Shown in pieces: positions 1-12,939 of a stretch of DNA of 64,000 bases. The position numbers and the translations under genes were made by a program. Positions within the stretch are counted from its first letter, which is position 1. Every line of letters begins with the position of its first letter. The stretch is from the NCBI RefSeq assembly GCF_006345805.1, contig NC_043000.1:32860001-32924000 (forward strand), in the 5' to 3' direction. Origin of the DNA: Octopus sinensis. Taxonomy: Eukaryota. The notes under the pieces are model-generated. The model was not told the DNA's origin and did not search any database. It saw only the letters and a program-made list of their open reading frames with translations.

Positions 1-1800
1 AGTTATAATACCCCAGCTTATATTGGGGTTGCTGACTACTCTATCTTTAAGTGCCCATACCATATTGCATAAAGATGTATTTATTTTGCTTTTGTCTCTG
101 AACGAACCCAAATGCTGTGTATATTTTTCTTTGAAGGTGTTTCCCGTCATTCCAATATAAGATTTTGTTGTTCCATTCAAATCCGTAATGCTGGTCTTGT
201 ACACAAATACTTTTTCCAGGCAACTGTTGTTCAGGGGACAGCTGTCCGGGGATAAAAAATTACAGGATATTTGGGGAATGCTCCTACTGTTGTTATTTTT
301 ATTGTGGTTGAAAATAATCGAACCAGTATTGAGGAGGCAATTATAGCTAACTTTGACGGTATTGCTATTGAAGATTTTGTGGTATTTCTGTGAGTGGGGT
401 AGGGGTTATCTATAAATTTCAGGAATTTTCTAGCTATGTTAGTAGTCATATTCATACTACATAGTGGAATGTACCATAAAGTTTTCCTCTGTCTCCGTCT
501 TCTTGGTGTATCTACATTTGGCTCAATATATATTCTTAAAGTTTGACTTTTCTAGTGCGGTGTTGTAGTATGGGGCAGCCTTTTTGAAAGTAGCTTTAGC
601 GGCGGGTAGGTTGGAAACATGCCTACTAATACTATTAACTAATTGTTTGATAATTGACGGTGAATAGCTAGAGCCTATGTCAGTATAGAAGGTATCCTCA
701 TTTGGTTTAGGGTAGGTTTATATTTGCCTGTACTAAGGTTCATGTTAATGTCTAGGAAATTAACTTCTTTAAGGTTAATGTTGTTGTTCTTAGGTTCAGT
801 TGGCGTAACTTTTTCCTTATCCATTTTTGTTATGTACCATCCCAAGAACTTCATTCCTATATAGCCCTATGTCACCTTTTATCTCCTTTTAAGGACATCT
901 AAGAAGTAAAATCTAAGGACATCTAAGAAGTAAAAGACAACCAGATCCTCGCTCCTTGCACCATCATAGCGATTTCAAATAGCTCATCCCCATTCTTTTT
1001 CACCCAATAGGAATTAACATGAAAAAGTAATGATTTCTTTGCATTCATTATTACCTATGTTTTACTAAACTGAAGTTCCTCTTAAAGCAGGCTTTTCAAG
1101 AGTGTGGTGTAAAACTCCACAATATCGAGCTGGATGAATATGCATTCGGGTTTATTTTAAATGTTCTTGAACCATTCAATAGTTGCACTGCTACATATCC
1201 AGCGAGTAAGGTTTATGAAGGTTCGTATGAGTCGTATAACGACGTCTAGTATAGATTTGTTGACAATACCTAATTCGCTTTCCGTGGCATTTATCAGTCT
1301 ACTGCTAGGGTTTTGTGCAAAATTGTCTTTGTGGTCTTTCAGGATTACAAAAAGTTTAGGTGGGGTATGTCGTTCTGCTCTGTCTTCGATTTCAAGTTTC
1401 ACACCTAACTGCTATGCGTGCAGTGATCAACCTCATAAACGTCTTTTGGTTTGTCTACTTTTATGAATGTATTTGAATACTTTTTAAAAGGTTCAAGAAA
1501 TGTTTATAGTTTGTGATGGAAGCTGTTAGATCTGTGGTTGAATTTGACATTTTAAAACTAGTTTTAGGGGGTCAGCTTCGAATCTATCTAAGTCTTTAAT
1601 ATGTAGTGCTTTTTTTTTTTTGTAAAATCAAAAACCGTAACGATCCTCTGAACGAAGACTGAACGTAGCTTTACTGAAGAAAATATGCCTTCTATTTAAC
1701 TCCTCGGGGCGTTTTCTGTTTTATCGATCAGATTCTTGATGGTAGTAAAGGAATATTCTTCAGGGATGTTTTCCCTTCGTGTTTATCTATGATTTGTTTT
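1..1800 (-). mobile_element. Penelope-like retroelement, degraded long ORF (N-terminus, RT, GIY-YIG); runs off the window start
   Basis: Minus-strand motifs SLKNIP/NLIDKTE (~1700-1780), LKDHKDNF..SRLINATESELG (ORF 1157-1402), PSIIKQLVNSISRHVSNL..PYYNTAL (~560-690), CPLNNSCL..IVYK..YIGMTGNTFKEKY (~120-240); stops and frameshifts. Confidence 0.9.
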
Positions 1801-2094
1801 GAGTCTGCGTTCGTGCTTAGTGCTCATCCGGTGTTTAAGAACGCCGGAAGAGTTTTTACGCTAATGTTGAATAGCGAGAATGAGTGCTCAATGCCATATT
1901 GGTGGATAAATATTCTATATTTGTAGGTTAACAACGCCACCGACGGTTTCATATAGAGAGAAATCTCTCAATAATTATTAAACCTCCCATGTGGGAATGT
2001 TGGCACTCATCTCCATCTTGGATGAGAATACAGGAAGCTAAAGAGACTGTACGGGATTTTGGGATAAAGAAATATACAGATCATGGAAGGTAAC

Positions 2095-2193
2095 TTATAG
2101 GAAAATCATAATCGTTGCCTCCTTTGTATTAATCCCGGTCTCTGAAATAAACTGTGCATGCAAATCCATAAAAATATGTGTGCATACACACTC

Positions 2194-2283
<90 letters not shown>

Positions 2284-2290
2284 AGGGAGA
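2095..2290. repeat. (GA)n microsatellite with flank
   Basis: About 95-bp GA run at 2196-2292; accounts for the RE/SL ORFs in the track. Confidence 0.9.
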
Positions 2291-3043
2291 GAGATATTAA
2301 GTACATACATCTGCATACACACACCTGCATTTTTGTTCATGCATCAGTATGTGCATATAATTGTGGAGTTTCACAGATTGTAACGCCATACATTATGTGT
2401 GTGTGTGTGTGTGTGTGTGTGTATAACGATGACACGAATCTTTTGGAAGAAACTTTTTGCACTGTATATAAGCGTCTTTACTGTTAAATTTTTGAAACAC
2501 AAGTGTTATGGGTTGTGGGGTAATCTGTATACTCCGTAACGCAAGTGTTTGAAACAGAGAAAGAGCTTACGCACAATACGAAAACTTCGTTCTAAAAGTT
2601 AGTGCCATTCTGTATTTTTTATAGAATTTCTTTTTTTACATAATTAATTTCTATTTTAAGAAAATTCTTCTTTGACTATGTGTTTATGAATGAAAAGAAC
2701 TGATTGTAGCTGTCAGCTGCTGAATCATTTTAGACCAGTTGTCTTCCTCGATTACATCAATACTAGTATGCAGAGGAGGAAGGGTTATAAATCTTTGCCC
2801 TGTGTCAATGCCTCCAAGATTAGTGGAAGGAAGAGAGGAAGTTATCTTCAGACCTGGGACTATACCTGAATGCTTCCAATAGAATCAACTCTGATGAAGC
2901 TATACAAGATCCAAGTTTAGCCCCAAGTTATCTCTGATCAAACAGACTTGTCATCTATCAGATAACTTTAAGTTTAAACCTGGAATGTTTCAGTTAGAAA
3001 ATCTAAACCGCAGGCGAATGATATTAATATATTTGGTAATATT

Positions 3044-3455
3044 TATTTCTTTATTGCCCACAGGGGGCTAAACATAGAAGGGACAAACAAGGACAGACAA
3101 AGGGATTAAGTCGATTACATCGACCCCAGTGCGTAACTGGTACTTAATTTATCGACCCCGAAAGGATGAAAGGCAAAGTCAAGCTCGGAGGAATTTGAAC
3201 TCAGAACGTAAAGACAGACGAAATACCTATTTCTTTACTACTCACAAGGGGCTAAACACAGAGGGGACAAACAAGGACAGAAACACGGATTAAGTCGATT
3301 ACATCGACCCCAGTGCCTAACTGGCACTTATTTAATCGATCCCGAAAGGATGAAAGGCAAAGTTGACCTCGGCGGAATTTAAACTCAGAACGTAACGGCA
3401 GACGAAATACCGCTAAGCACTTCGCCCGGCGAGCTAACGATTCTACCAGCTCACC
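3044..3455 (-). mobile_element. tRNA-derived octopus SINE family A, tandem dimeric copy
   Basis: GGTGGTGAGCTGG..GAGTTCAAATTCCGCCGAGGTCGAC head; body repeated twice, joined at AAAGAAATA|GGTATTTCG. Confidence 0.85.
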
Positions 3456-4199
3456 ACCCTTTGGTAATATTAACCAGAGTTATTTTGGTTATGTCTCTGA
3501 AGTTTGATGACATTGTCTCTATACAATCATCGTTGATATCAGTTTTTGATAAACCGTGATTGATAAAAAGAAAATTTAATTTACATGTTAAAAGGCATCG
3601 TGGACTTATTACAGAACATTTTGGTGGGCCTATGATAACCCTGCAGGTCAATTTGCGCACAACAGCTGAAGGCTATATATAGCATTTAATGTGATAATTT
3701 TCATCCCTCATCTCTCAAAGAGATAATTCCGGTTGTAACTGGAGACTATGTTCTACGTTTAAATGAGATTTAATTGTTCTCATTTTTTTGACAATATCAT
3801 TATTTTTTATTCTTACACATAACATGCATGCTAAAATTGTATAATAAGTAGATTAAAAATGCTTAGTGTTATTAATAAACATTGTTGAGGATAATCCTTT
3901 CTCTTATTAATGTTTAAAACATGTCAAATATAACATTACTACAAAATGGTGATACCGCCTACATCCGACGAAACTTCTCGAACGGTAGCCATACCGAACT
4001 TGAATAATTCAGCCTACAGCTGAAAAACAACCTCAAAATAATAGCTCAACATGCAAAGCAGCCTTCAGAGCCTCATTTCAACATCATTCCACTGGGAATG
4101 ACTGACATGAATAATGGAGAAAAATATAACAATTGAAAAATTAGCAAATCGTACTTAAATGAGCAAAATTAGCGAGAACCAAAGAACATCGTTATACAG

Positions 4200-5108
4200 T
4201 GTAGCGTGGCAATTTCAGCCTTTTTGGAATATGACCATAGCGATTGTTAATATCTTGACTGAGTGAAGGGCAAGGCAGAAATGATCTCGTTTGAGGTTAC
4301 AACCATCTTTGGTCAACTTGTTCTTGTTCTAAACACTAACTTGATTGGCTGACAGGTGACACGAGTGGTCTCTACGTGTTTCGCGCCACTGTTTGACATG
4401 TGACACGAGGGTCCCTACGAAGTCCGCGTCACTGATGGACACGTGACGCGAATTGTCTCGACTTATTTCGCGCCACTGTTTGTCATGTGACACGAGGGTC
4501 CCTACGAAGTCCGCGCCACTGATGGACACGTGACGCGAATTGTCTCGACTTATTTCGCGCCATAATTGCGAATCAGCCAATCAAGACTTTCGGTTAAAAT
4601 TCCATTTTCTGGAGTTCAGTGAGCCAACCGAACAGTATATAAAGCAGGGTTTCACAGACACTTAGGTCTTGGGTTCCAGTTCTTCTAAGAACTCACTTAG
4701 GCCCCTGCTGCTCAACTTAGAGATATGCGATTGTCTCTGCTACTACCTGTTGCTACGCTAATCCATACAAACACTGAAAGCCTCTCGAGTAGATTCCAGC
4801 ATCTTGCCCTATGAACAGTAAACTAAATGCCATTCTTAATTCTATGTTCAGTACCTTTGGATATGCTTCACGCCACCCGAACACACAGACACAAAACATG
4901 CTAACGCTTACGAACTCTTAGAATTCACATGATTGTAAAATATGTAAAATAAATAATATTTATCTACCAACAAAAGACTTGTGTCAATTCACTTATGTTC
5001 TATTATCGTTTGTATGTATTTTATGGCTTTGAATAATTCGTTAAGAGTAGAACCGCGTGCAATCGTATTTCCTACACGATACGACCAAGCGTGATCCTAT
5101 TTCTTACA
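4200..5108 (+). mobile_element. Solo LTR (909 bp), probably Gypsy-like
   Basis: TGTAG...TTACA termini; ACAG at 4196-4199 and 5109-5112 (4-bp TSD); internal tandem repeats, CCAAT boxes and TATATAAA at 4636. Confidence 0.8.
4379..4562 (+). promoter_or_regulatory. 87-bp tandem enhancer-like repeat (2 copies plus a partial) with TTTCGCGC, CACGTG and CATGTG motifs
   Basis: TTTCGCGCC starts at 4379, 4466 and 4553; flanked by the 12-bp inverted repeat TTGATTGGCTGA (4341) / TCAGCCAATCAA (4573). Confidence 0.7.
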
Positions 5109-5111
5109 ACA

Positions 5112-5640
5112 GTTTATGCAAAATAGTACGTTATGCAACTTAGTACAATCACAACAGAGACTTATAGCATCTTATTGCCATTTCCAGTGCACTCTGGCTA
5201 TTCTTAAAAAACATCTTCTGCTCTTGTTGCTAAGAATTTTTTTAGGTTACATAACCCGTTGCTTTCATATTTTTGTTGTATTTTCCAGTCACTCTGTAAA
5301 GAGTGACTGGAATTTGACTAGATTTGCCTTTTAGTTTGTGTTTGAGGGTGGTTAGGGAGATTTGGTATAATCTAGTGGAGTGTCCAAAGGAATAGTTGTG
5401 AGAGCTGTATCGCAGTTTAAAGCGGTTGGAAGTCATTCAGAAATAGGCCTAGGGGAGGAGTTCGTAGTAACTGTATATTTTTACATAATGCCCTTAGCAA
5501 GACAGTTATTGTTGAGTGGACAGTTATTGATATCAGTGAATTTGCAAATTTTGATGAAGGGGTTTTAAGGAGTTTATATTTTGGGGGTATTGGAATAAGA
5601 AAAAACCTGTACACGAGCGCATTAAATATGGACCTGCACA
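5112..5640 (-). mobile_element. Penelope-like GIY-YIG endonuclease remnant
   Basis: INNCPLNNNCLAKGIM*KY, then GMTSNRFKLRYSSHNYSF (ORF 5242-5436) and RLCNL. Confidence 0.8.
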
Positions 5641-5786
5641 AGTTTATTTTAATCGTCGGTGAAATTTAATTAACTCCAATTTGACAAGGAGTTGCACACC
5701 GAAATGGTGCGCGCACACACACACACACACACACACTCAGAGTGTACATAAACAGATTGGTAAATTGGAATTGATCAAGCGGTGTC

Positions 5787-5836
5787 AACACCTCTGACGA
5801 GACTCCAATAAGGTTTGAAAATCGATTAAGGCTGTT
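5787..5836 (+). ncRNA. Minimal type I hammerhead ribozyme motif (degenerate stem II)
   Basis: aaca-cct CTGACGA [gactccaataaggttt] GAAA atcgat TA agg-c-tgtt; palindromic stem III AATCGATT; stem I cct/agg plus aaca/tgtt. Confidence 0.6.
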
Positions 5837-7223
5837 CATAATTCTTTCATTCTACGAATAATTTGTTAAATTTGTATGCCTGCTACATAGGTTTACACAC
5901 ACACACAAACATATATATATTGCGCATGTTATATACATTCATACCTATTCAATTTCTATATTATGTATGTTACATATGAGTATATGCGTATATATTGTAT
6001 GTATGTTATATATAATATAAAATGTACGCACATACACACACACAAATATGTACTTCACACACACACACACATGCCCTTCACACTCACAAAGCCCACGCCC
6101 TCCTCTACAGAGACATACAAAGAAAAGTAAGTCTGAAAGGGTGAAGTGTTTGAAAAGCGGGACTAATTCAAAGCCAAGGGGCAAGAAATGTGTGAAACCA
6201 ACAGTACAGAGAACCTCCCAAGTGGCGGAGTGGTGTTGGGGGTGATGGCGGTGGTAGCGTGTTGGCGGTCTGGTGATGTGTATGCGTTGAGGTGGGGTGG
6301 GGGATATTTTTAAGTGTTATTGCTAGTTGTGACGGTGCCAGTGGTGATAGCCTGGGGTTATTGGTATGGTGATACTGGGTGGTGATTGGGGTGGTAGTTT
6401 GTAGCAGTAGTAGTAGTGATGGTGGTGGTAGTGGTGTGGAGGTTAATGCTGTTTAGCAGTTTTGACTTAGATCTATTATCAATGGCGTTCCATCTGAGGC
6501 CATCACCTATGTTTTAGGCACTATATCTTCGAGTACATTGTTCAGTGTCCTTTATTCACACTGCAGGGTATGATATCAGGGAAATTTAGCTGCTATTTCT
6601 AACAGATCGCGGCTTCTACGTTGTCTCGTTGAAAGTGATATTGGAGGAGTTGGTGGTGGTTTTTTCGGGAGTGTTGGATGTAGTTTCCGTTTCTCGTTGT
6701 CGTCGTGGTGGTCATGGCAGTTGCTGTGAGGGTAGTGCTAGTGTTGTTGTTGTTGTTGATGTAGTTTGTGTTGTTGTTGATGGTGGTGGTGTTGGTTGTA
6801 GTGTTGGTGTCGTTGGTGACAATGAAAACTGTCAAATGAAACAAGAGGGAGCCCCCATACCCTAGTTGATTGTAAACCGCATCTAAAGGGTGGCAAAACA
6901 TACACAAGGGATAAAGCAAATCCCTGTATTTAACATGGTATATTTCGGAGAAAGATTTGTTACAACAATTTATGAATATTCGATAGATTTAATTCGTATA
7001 AAAATATTTAATCTACCACAAAATAGTTATGGATTAACGAAATTGCCTGATCGATATAAACTGTACACAGCGTTTATCAAGATTAGGATTCCGTGCAGAC
7101 GTGCAAGAAGTATTCCCAAGTATTCCTCACCACCCGTGTACACCACCGATTGCCCTTGTATACAGTAGGGATCAGTAATGCATCTACAATGATAGCCTTG
7201 TATTCAGTTGGAGAGCAGCACTA

Positions 7224-7258
<35 letters not shown>

Positions 7259-7613
7259 TCTTTATTCACCATAAGGTTGAGAAAAAGAGGGGACGATACG
7301 AGGACAGACAAAACAAACATTGGGGTCAGGGTATCGAATGAGACGAAACGTATGAAGAAACAAACAATTAAAATATATACAATTAAATGAGAATGAGTGA
7401 TTAACAAAAAAATGAAGCGGAGGACGCGTTTGACCCCACAAACCACATGCTTACACTGAAGGAGAGAGAGTCAATGAAAATGGTCCCCTTGTATTTGTAG
7501 TCTAAGACTTATCTTTATAATAAAATATATTTCCCGAGACTGCCACAAATAAGACTACTTAATTTAGTGTCTAAAAATACTAATGTCTTATTAACACATT
7601 GGTCACTACTGTG

Positions 7614-7945
7614 AAGGCGCATGGCTCAGTGGTTAGAGCGTCGAGCTTACGATCGTGAGCTCGAATCCCGGACCGGGCTGCGTGTTGTGTTCTTGAGCAA
7701 GACACTTTATTTCACGTTGCTCCAGTTCACTCAGCTGTAGAAATGAGTTGCGACGTCACGAGTGCCAAGCTGTATCGGCCTTTGCCTTTCCCTTGGATAA
7801 CATTGGTGGCGTGGAGAGGGGAGGCCGGTATGCATGGGCGACTGCTGGTCTTCCATAAACAACCATGCCCAGACTTGTGACTAGGAAGGTAACTTTCTAG
7901 GTGCAATCCCATGGTCAGTGTCGTGACCGAAGGGGGACCCGGATA
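7614..7945 (+). mobile_element. tRNA-derived SINE with conserved central (V/Meta-like) domain
   Basis: A-box-like GGCTCAGTGGTTAG, B-box-like CTCGAATCCC, then CTTGAGCAAGACACTT..CACTCAGCTGTAGAAATGAG. Confidence 0.75.
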
Positions 7946-8779
7946 GTCACTACTACCGCCGCCGCCACCACCACCACCACCACCATTACTATCGTCAGTT
8001 GTTTCTGTATTTTTGATATCTTCAGACAGAAGTCCATCTTCTGTACCAGCCATTGCATTAGCAATTCCACATTTGTTAAAGCTGTGTGTGTGTATTTTAC
8101 TTTTACAGCTTCCTATAACGACTTCCCTAACGAACTTGCCTGCGTAGCAACAAGTTGCTTCAGTCGTTCTACTTGAAGTTAGTAAAAGCAGTCACCTACT
8201 AAAAGCAAGCATCGCCATACTCCACTCATTTTGAATAAAACATTTGAATAACTTGTTTGTTTGAAATGTCCAGGAATTACAACAATAAAGTTGAACTGTC
8301 AGAACAACAGATTGTTTAGTTTCTATCAATCACTCAGGTTTCCCCTTTGTTGCTTCTCATTTGTTAGCTGGGAACTGGCCCCACACTAATAATGCTGTTG
8401 GCCAACAACTTGGACCCTCTGACCACACTTTCTCCAGCCACAGTTTTTCACAATGTTTTTGTTCATTCACTTCGTGTGATGCAACAAATACATTAACAGC
8501 AATAATTTCTTTGGACATTGTTTAAAGATAATAAAAAAATGACACCAACTTTGTGCAGTTGCATCACAAACAGAGACAACCAAAGCACAGTATATTTTTT
8601 TATGATTCACCATCTTTTCATCTATATTTTCGGCAGTTGTTCCCTGTAAACGGCGAGAGAGGCATAATTATTATCAATTTTATTGGGGCCAATAAACTCT
8701 TCTTAACTTCTCACTAGTTACAATTACAAGACTAACAAATATGGCAATCAGCGAACTGGGATATGTGAACTATTACTGT

Positions 8780-9181
8780 AGGCTAGAGGTAGGGGGTCTT
8801 ATTTGGGACACCACAGTCTGCGATTCCTTTGCTCCCTCCCACATCCTGGATGCTGCAGTTAATGGCAGGGTCACTGCTTCCGTAGCCGAACGGAAGAAAA
8901 CCCTGAAGTATCGGGACCTGACAGTGAACCATCTCTTCCAACCTGTAGCATTTGAGACGTTCGGAGGGACTGGGCTACTAACGGCGAAGTTCTTGTCATC
9001 GTCGGCAGCTCGCCTCACTGAGGTGTCAGGTGATGCCCGTGAGGGCACTTGGCTTTCACAACACCCTTAGCCTCGCCATCGCCCGTGGCAATGCTGCGAG
9101 CGTGCTGGCTTGCTTCAGTAGGTTCTGTTAAACGTTATGGTGTGCGACCATTTGCTCTGATAAAAAAAAAAAAAAAAAATT
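8780..9181 (+). mobile_element. 5'-truncated CRE-like (R2 superfamily) non-LTR element: RLE domain and poly(A)
   Basis: LIWDTTVCDSFA..AERKKTLKY..FQPVAFETFGG..LSLAIARGNAASVL, then an A-run at about 9161-9179. Confidence 0.85.
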
Positions 9182-9813
9182 CTCCTCAAATGGTTTCAAT
9201 ACGGTTTCCATAGAAAGATTTGGAAGGATTAGAAGAAAGTTCTCCAGTAATTTTCTTTCACGTAAATAAATGTTTATGTTAATTTAAGAAATTGCCAACA
9301 AAATCTTATAAAATGACAATGTTCTAAAGGTTGTACATGTTTATATGTTATATATGAAAATAAAATTGAAATCCCGGCTGAAGCTTATGCATTTCGGAGT
9401 TCTAGTGATGACTGAATCCAGTTGTCAAACTTCACTCCGTATCCTGACCTTTCAATGACAAGAAGTGGTAATTTCTGGGATTATTTTCCAGAAAAAACCC
9501 CCCCAAAAAACCCAGCTGTGTCTATGAGCCGAGTAACCATGTCGTTTTCATTCCTCTTTCACATCGGCTCCTTTGGCCCCCTCCCCTTTTGCCTCTCTTC
9601 TTTCTTTCTTTTCTTTCATAAGTTATCTAGTTTAATGTCGTTTATGTCTAAACGTGTTTTTATAGCATTTAAACACCATACTTACATATACGCACATATA
9701 CACCCGGCATACGTACACACAAATACAATATAGCCATAGTTTATATATATATGCATGTGTTTGTATATTTGTGTAAACATAAATACACATCGTCTAGAAA
9801 TACAATACAGCTA

Positions 9814-9865
<52 letters not shown>

Positions 9866-10794
9866 GTATGTATGTATGTATACAAGGTAAAGCTAAGGTA
9901 GTATACCATTTAGATGAGCCGTGTTGACACGAGACTTCCTTTGAGAAGACAAATAATGATATGAAAAGACTTCTACATTGCGTGTGCGTGTGTGTGTGTG
10001 TGTATGAGACTATATTTCTCCTTAATATTTGTTTGGGTGTCGCTGCTGTGAAAGAATAAGAACCAGTCGTTAACAAAGACACAAAACCTTTTCTTCTCTT
10101 TTTATTCTGTTGATTTTTAAACGACAGCATTAAGCATCTGAGCCGATGTGTATGGACGCGTATATCTGTATGTATGTATGTACGTATATGACAGTATGTA
10201 TATGTATGGCAGTATACGTATACGTATATGTGTATACATACATTTATGTTTGTATATATATATATACATACATTTATGTTTGTATATATATATATATATA
10301 TAAGCACATCTATATATGTCTATATGTGAGTATATATATAGTATGCGCGCGCGCACACACACACACACGTAGATGCCTGTGTGTGTGTATAGATATTGAA
10401 AAGGCCACTCTGACTCACAGGTTATCAATAAACCACTCCTTATACAATTGGTTACGGTGCCAGGGCATTCACCAAGAAAACATTATTGGGACCAACAAAA
10501 AAAAACGCTCCTTACATTGTCGTCGTTTGATTGTCCAGTGTAGAAGGACCCCCACCCCCCAACCAAATCTCTATATTAAAATATTTTTGGTTCTCAGGTG
10601 GAGAACCAGTTTCTGAAACGTCAAATTCCACTTCCCCGACTCACAGCTGTAAATAATCTAATCAACTTTCACTCTACAGGTTTGCCCCCCCCACCACCAC
10701 CACCACTCCACCCCATGCTCCAGTTTTCTTCGATCTCGACTCCTTTTTATCTTTGAAGTCTCTGGTATCTTTAAAACGAAGACAACTGGCAATA

Positions 10795-11205
10795 CTCTTT
10801 ACTCTTTTACTCTTTTACTTGTTTCAGTCAGTTGACTGCGGCCATGCTGGAGCACCGCCTTTAGTCGAGCAACTCGACCCCGGGACTTATTCTTTGTAAG
10901 CCCAGTACTTATTCTATCGGTCTCTTTTGCCGAACCGCTAAGTGACGGGGACATAAACACACCAGCATTGGTTGTCAAGCAATGCTAGAGGGACAAACAC
11001 AGACACACAAACATATACATACATATATATATATATACATATATACGACAGGCTTCTTTCAGTTTCCATCTACCAAATCCACTCACAAGGCTTTCGTTGG
11101 CCCGAGGCTATAGTAGAAGACAGTTGCCCAAGGTGCCACGCAGTGGGACTGAACCCGGAACCATGTGGCTGGTAAACAAGCTACTTACCACACAGCCACT
11201 CCTGC
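10795..11205 (-). mobile_element. tRNA-derived octopus SINE family B
   Basis: GGAGTGGCTGTGTGGTAAG..GGTTCAGTCCCACTGCG head and GAGTAAAA tail. Other copies or fragments at about 14100-14490(-), 32136-32250(+), 32333-32750(+), 43975-44145(-), 47305-47585(+), 54523-55110(+), 57070-57200(-), 61255-61378(-). Confidence 0.85.
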
Positions 11206-11248
11206 AATGGCCAGAAATATCATTAAATGCCTCGTGGTATTTAGTTGG

Positions 11249-11483
11249 ATAAGGCGGCGAGCTGGCAGAAGCGTTAGCAGGCTGGGTGAAATGCGTAGCC
11301 GTATTTCGTCTGCAGTTACGTTCTGAGTTCAAATTCCGCCGAGGTCGACTTTGCCTTTCATCCTTTCGGGATCGATTAAATAAGTACCAGTTACGCACTG
11401 GGGTCGATATAATCGACTTAATCCATTTGTCTGTCCTTGTTTGTCCTCTCTGTGTTTAGCCCCTTGTGGGTAGTAAAGAAATA
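11249..11483 (+). mobile_element. SINE family A with 13-bp TSD
   Basis: GGTATTTAGTTGG at 11236-11248 and 11484-11496. Other copies at about 18225-18560, 43180-43468, 53073-53305, 54668-54864, 57398-57630. Confidence 0.9.
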
Positions 11484-12012
11484 GGTATTTAGTTGGCAAC
11501 CCTTTTCGTTCGGTGCACAAATCTCCCTAATCCTCCCTTCGTTTCTCGCCGATCTGCAGGCCGATAAAATAAAATACTACCAAAGTTCTGTGATAAAACA
11601 AAAAATAAAGAACCATTCAGGTGCTGGAGGGGTGGGGATCTTGACTAAATAATACTACAAAGTATATCAGTCGTGAAAGAATTATACTACAAGAAATCTA
11701 CGTGTCTTTGAAGTCCTAAATTTTGGTAGGACAGCAACTTCAGTAGAATGAATGGTTCGTCTGGCGAACTTCAATAGGTTTTGCCTATCAAAGTAGTACT
11801 TACTGAGCATTTCAACAACCTTACCACCGCCACCGCCGCTGTTGATTCTACTCATGATGCAATTCACGTTCTTATCTTATTCTATTTATTACTCACAGGA
11901 TTTCCGAATTTCTAAGTTACTACGAACAGATTGTATTTCATGTCTTACGACCCAATAGTCATAGATTAACGAAAATATCTAATTACAGCTCTCTCCCCAC
12001 CCACAATGTATT

Positions 12013-12043
<31 letters not shown>

Positions 12044-12071
12044 TATATTATATATATATATGTGTGTGTGG

Positions 12072-12102
<31 letters not shown>

Positions 12103-12110
12103 TGGTGTAT

Positions 12111-12745
12111 AATGTAGTCGTTGGCTATGGCCGGTCAGAAAGTTACCTTTGGTTTCGCACATATGCTCTTAAGCAATATTGGCGACTCATCAGACCTGCT
12201 GGCTGGAGGCACATAACCTCCTTACTAATGGAGGTAAGAATACAGTTTCGGTTAGCCAGGGTTGTAAAAAAAAAAATTAAAATTAAATCCTGAAATGAAA
12301 TTCTTCAAAAGGGAACCCCCTTCTGGCCAAGATAGAGTTATCTACCTTTTGACTGGTTCTAGTTGTCTGAAAAAGTTCTGTTTAAGTATGATTTCTGTTT
12401 GTTAGTCAGCAAGCAAGGAATTCAATGTCTTCAACATGAATTTTCTCTCATTAGGGCACCGGCTAAATACCTCCCTTTTGGAACTTAAGCAGATCCCCAG
12501 TTCAAGCTATTTTTTTAGGATCCTTGCTATCTTGGCCAAACAAAGTTTGCATCATCTGCTCCCGTTGGGGTATGATCCAAGTCATTCCAGGAATTTCCAT
12601 TTAATCCTGTATGGTGTACTCTTTTAAATACCATATGTAGTTGGTCAAAGACGTAACATTGCTTCTCTCTGAGATCCTAAAAGAGGACCTCTGGTTATTT
12701 AGTTGTCACTTAAAGGGGTCTTCCGTTCCTCCAACATATTTCTGT
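12111..12745 (-). mobile_element. Penelope-like 3' end: GIY-YIG C-half plus 3' repeat with HHR
   Basis: KYVGGTEDPFK..NNQRSSFR..TSLTNYIWYLK..IKWKF..CKLCLAK..SKREVFSRCPNERKF. Confidence 0.85.
12129..12204 (-). ncRNA. Type I hammerhead ribozyme motif in a PLE 3' repeat
   Basis: aggt CTGATGA g..c GAAA cc-aaa-gg TA actt; G-C closing pair of stem II intact; predicted GUA cleavage between 12144 and 12143. Confidence 0.75.
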
Positions 12746-12939
12746 GTATGTGTCTCTACCTTATTGTGGTGCTGCTGTTGCGGCTGTTACAGTCAGACAT
12801 GTTTCTTGTGCTACCACTACTGTCGTTGTTGTTGTTGCTGCTGCTATCACTGCCATTGCTGCTGTTACTGTTGGCTACGTTGTTGGTGCTGTTGTTGTTG
12901 CTGCTGTTACTGTCGGATGCATTATTGGTGTTGTTGTTG

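Noticed and set aside
10590-10660. Hairpin GGTTCTC/GAGAACC followed by GAAACGTC
   Set aside because: No CTGANGA on either strand in the required position
11484-11496. GGTATTT after a SINE A copy as a third dimer junction
   Set aside because: It is the right-hand copy of the 13-bp TSD
11682-11867. Minus-strand ORF with a GTAAGT donor-like site
   Set aside because: No recognisable protein motif, acceptor or partner exons
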